Positions 58,054 to 58,115 of a DNA stretch of 58,115 nucleotides are shown here, piece after piece. The first letter of the stretch is position 1, and each line of letters begins with the position of its first letter. Source of the DNA: Actinomycetota bacterium (lineage in GTDB: Bacteria > Actinomycetota > UBA4738 > HRBIN12). The notes under the pieces were generated by a model. The model had not been told where the DNA came from. It saw only the letters and a list, made by a program, of their open reading frames with translations, and did not search any database. The DNA lies in NCBI GenBank assembly GCA_036257835.1, contig DATAEU010000058.1, positions 1 to 58,115 on the forward strand, in the 5' to 3' direction. Made by a program: the position numbers and the translations under genes.

Positions 58054-58115
58054 AAGAGTCAAGTCCTCGGCCTATTAGTACCGGTCGGCTCAACACGTTG
58101 CCGTGCGTACACCTC
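58054..58115 (-). rRNA. rrl: 23S ribosomal RNA, 3' end (partial, runs off the right edge)
   Basis: Reverse complement contains …CCGGTACTAATAGGCCGAGGACTTGACTCTT, the conserved 23S 3'-terminal helix. The 3' boundary is approximate. Confidence 0.8.

Overview
High-GC (about 70%) chromosomal segment from an Actinomycetota-like bacterium. I call about 60 CDS, one tRNA-Pro(GGG), a 5S rRNA and the 3' end of a 23S rRNA. All product calls rest on motifs I recognise in the supplied translations; no database search was possible. Many starts are re-called inside the long GC-artefact ORFs of the track.

From about 19 kb to the right edge almost everything is on the minus strand. From memory, gene order follows two housekeeping blocks known from Mycobacterium tuberculosis:
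- tlyA-nadK-recN-steA-mctB-pyrG-nudix-xerD ... scpA-scpB-rluB-(aroH-tyrA-aroA)-cmk-der
- pgsA-gcvH-FHA-MerR-(dac-hpt)-DUF151-MerR-gcvPA/PB

I see no CRISPR array, IS element, prophage or obvious island.

Items worth a second look:
1. An orphan, minimal reverse-transcriptase-like ORF (9710-10513) with all RT motifs and a W-V-D-D active-site box. It is preceded by an SD-sequestering hairpin and runs into the next gene.
2. A promoter-equipped, highly structured roughly 200-nt element (11.98-12.17 kb). It carries six CUCUU motifs, and the downstream DUF4193 gene has an AAGAGGG Shine-Dalgarno complementary to them.
3. Four perfectly phased 23-bp direct repeats with a TGACGTCGC core, upstream of tRNA-Pro.
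4. A trpS whose conserved N-terminus lies upstream of any ATG/GTG/TTG.
5. An S2P/M50-like membrane protein with HExxH changed to RExxR.
6. Two secreted CAP-domain paralogues and a 960-aa DUF11-repeat surface protein.
7. At least twelve NTGA start/stop overlaps.

None of these is proven to be a new system. The RT locus and the CUCUU element are the best candidates.
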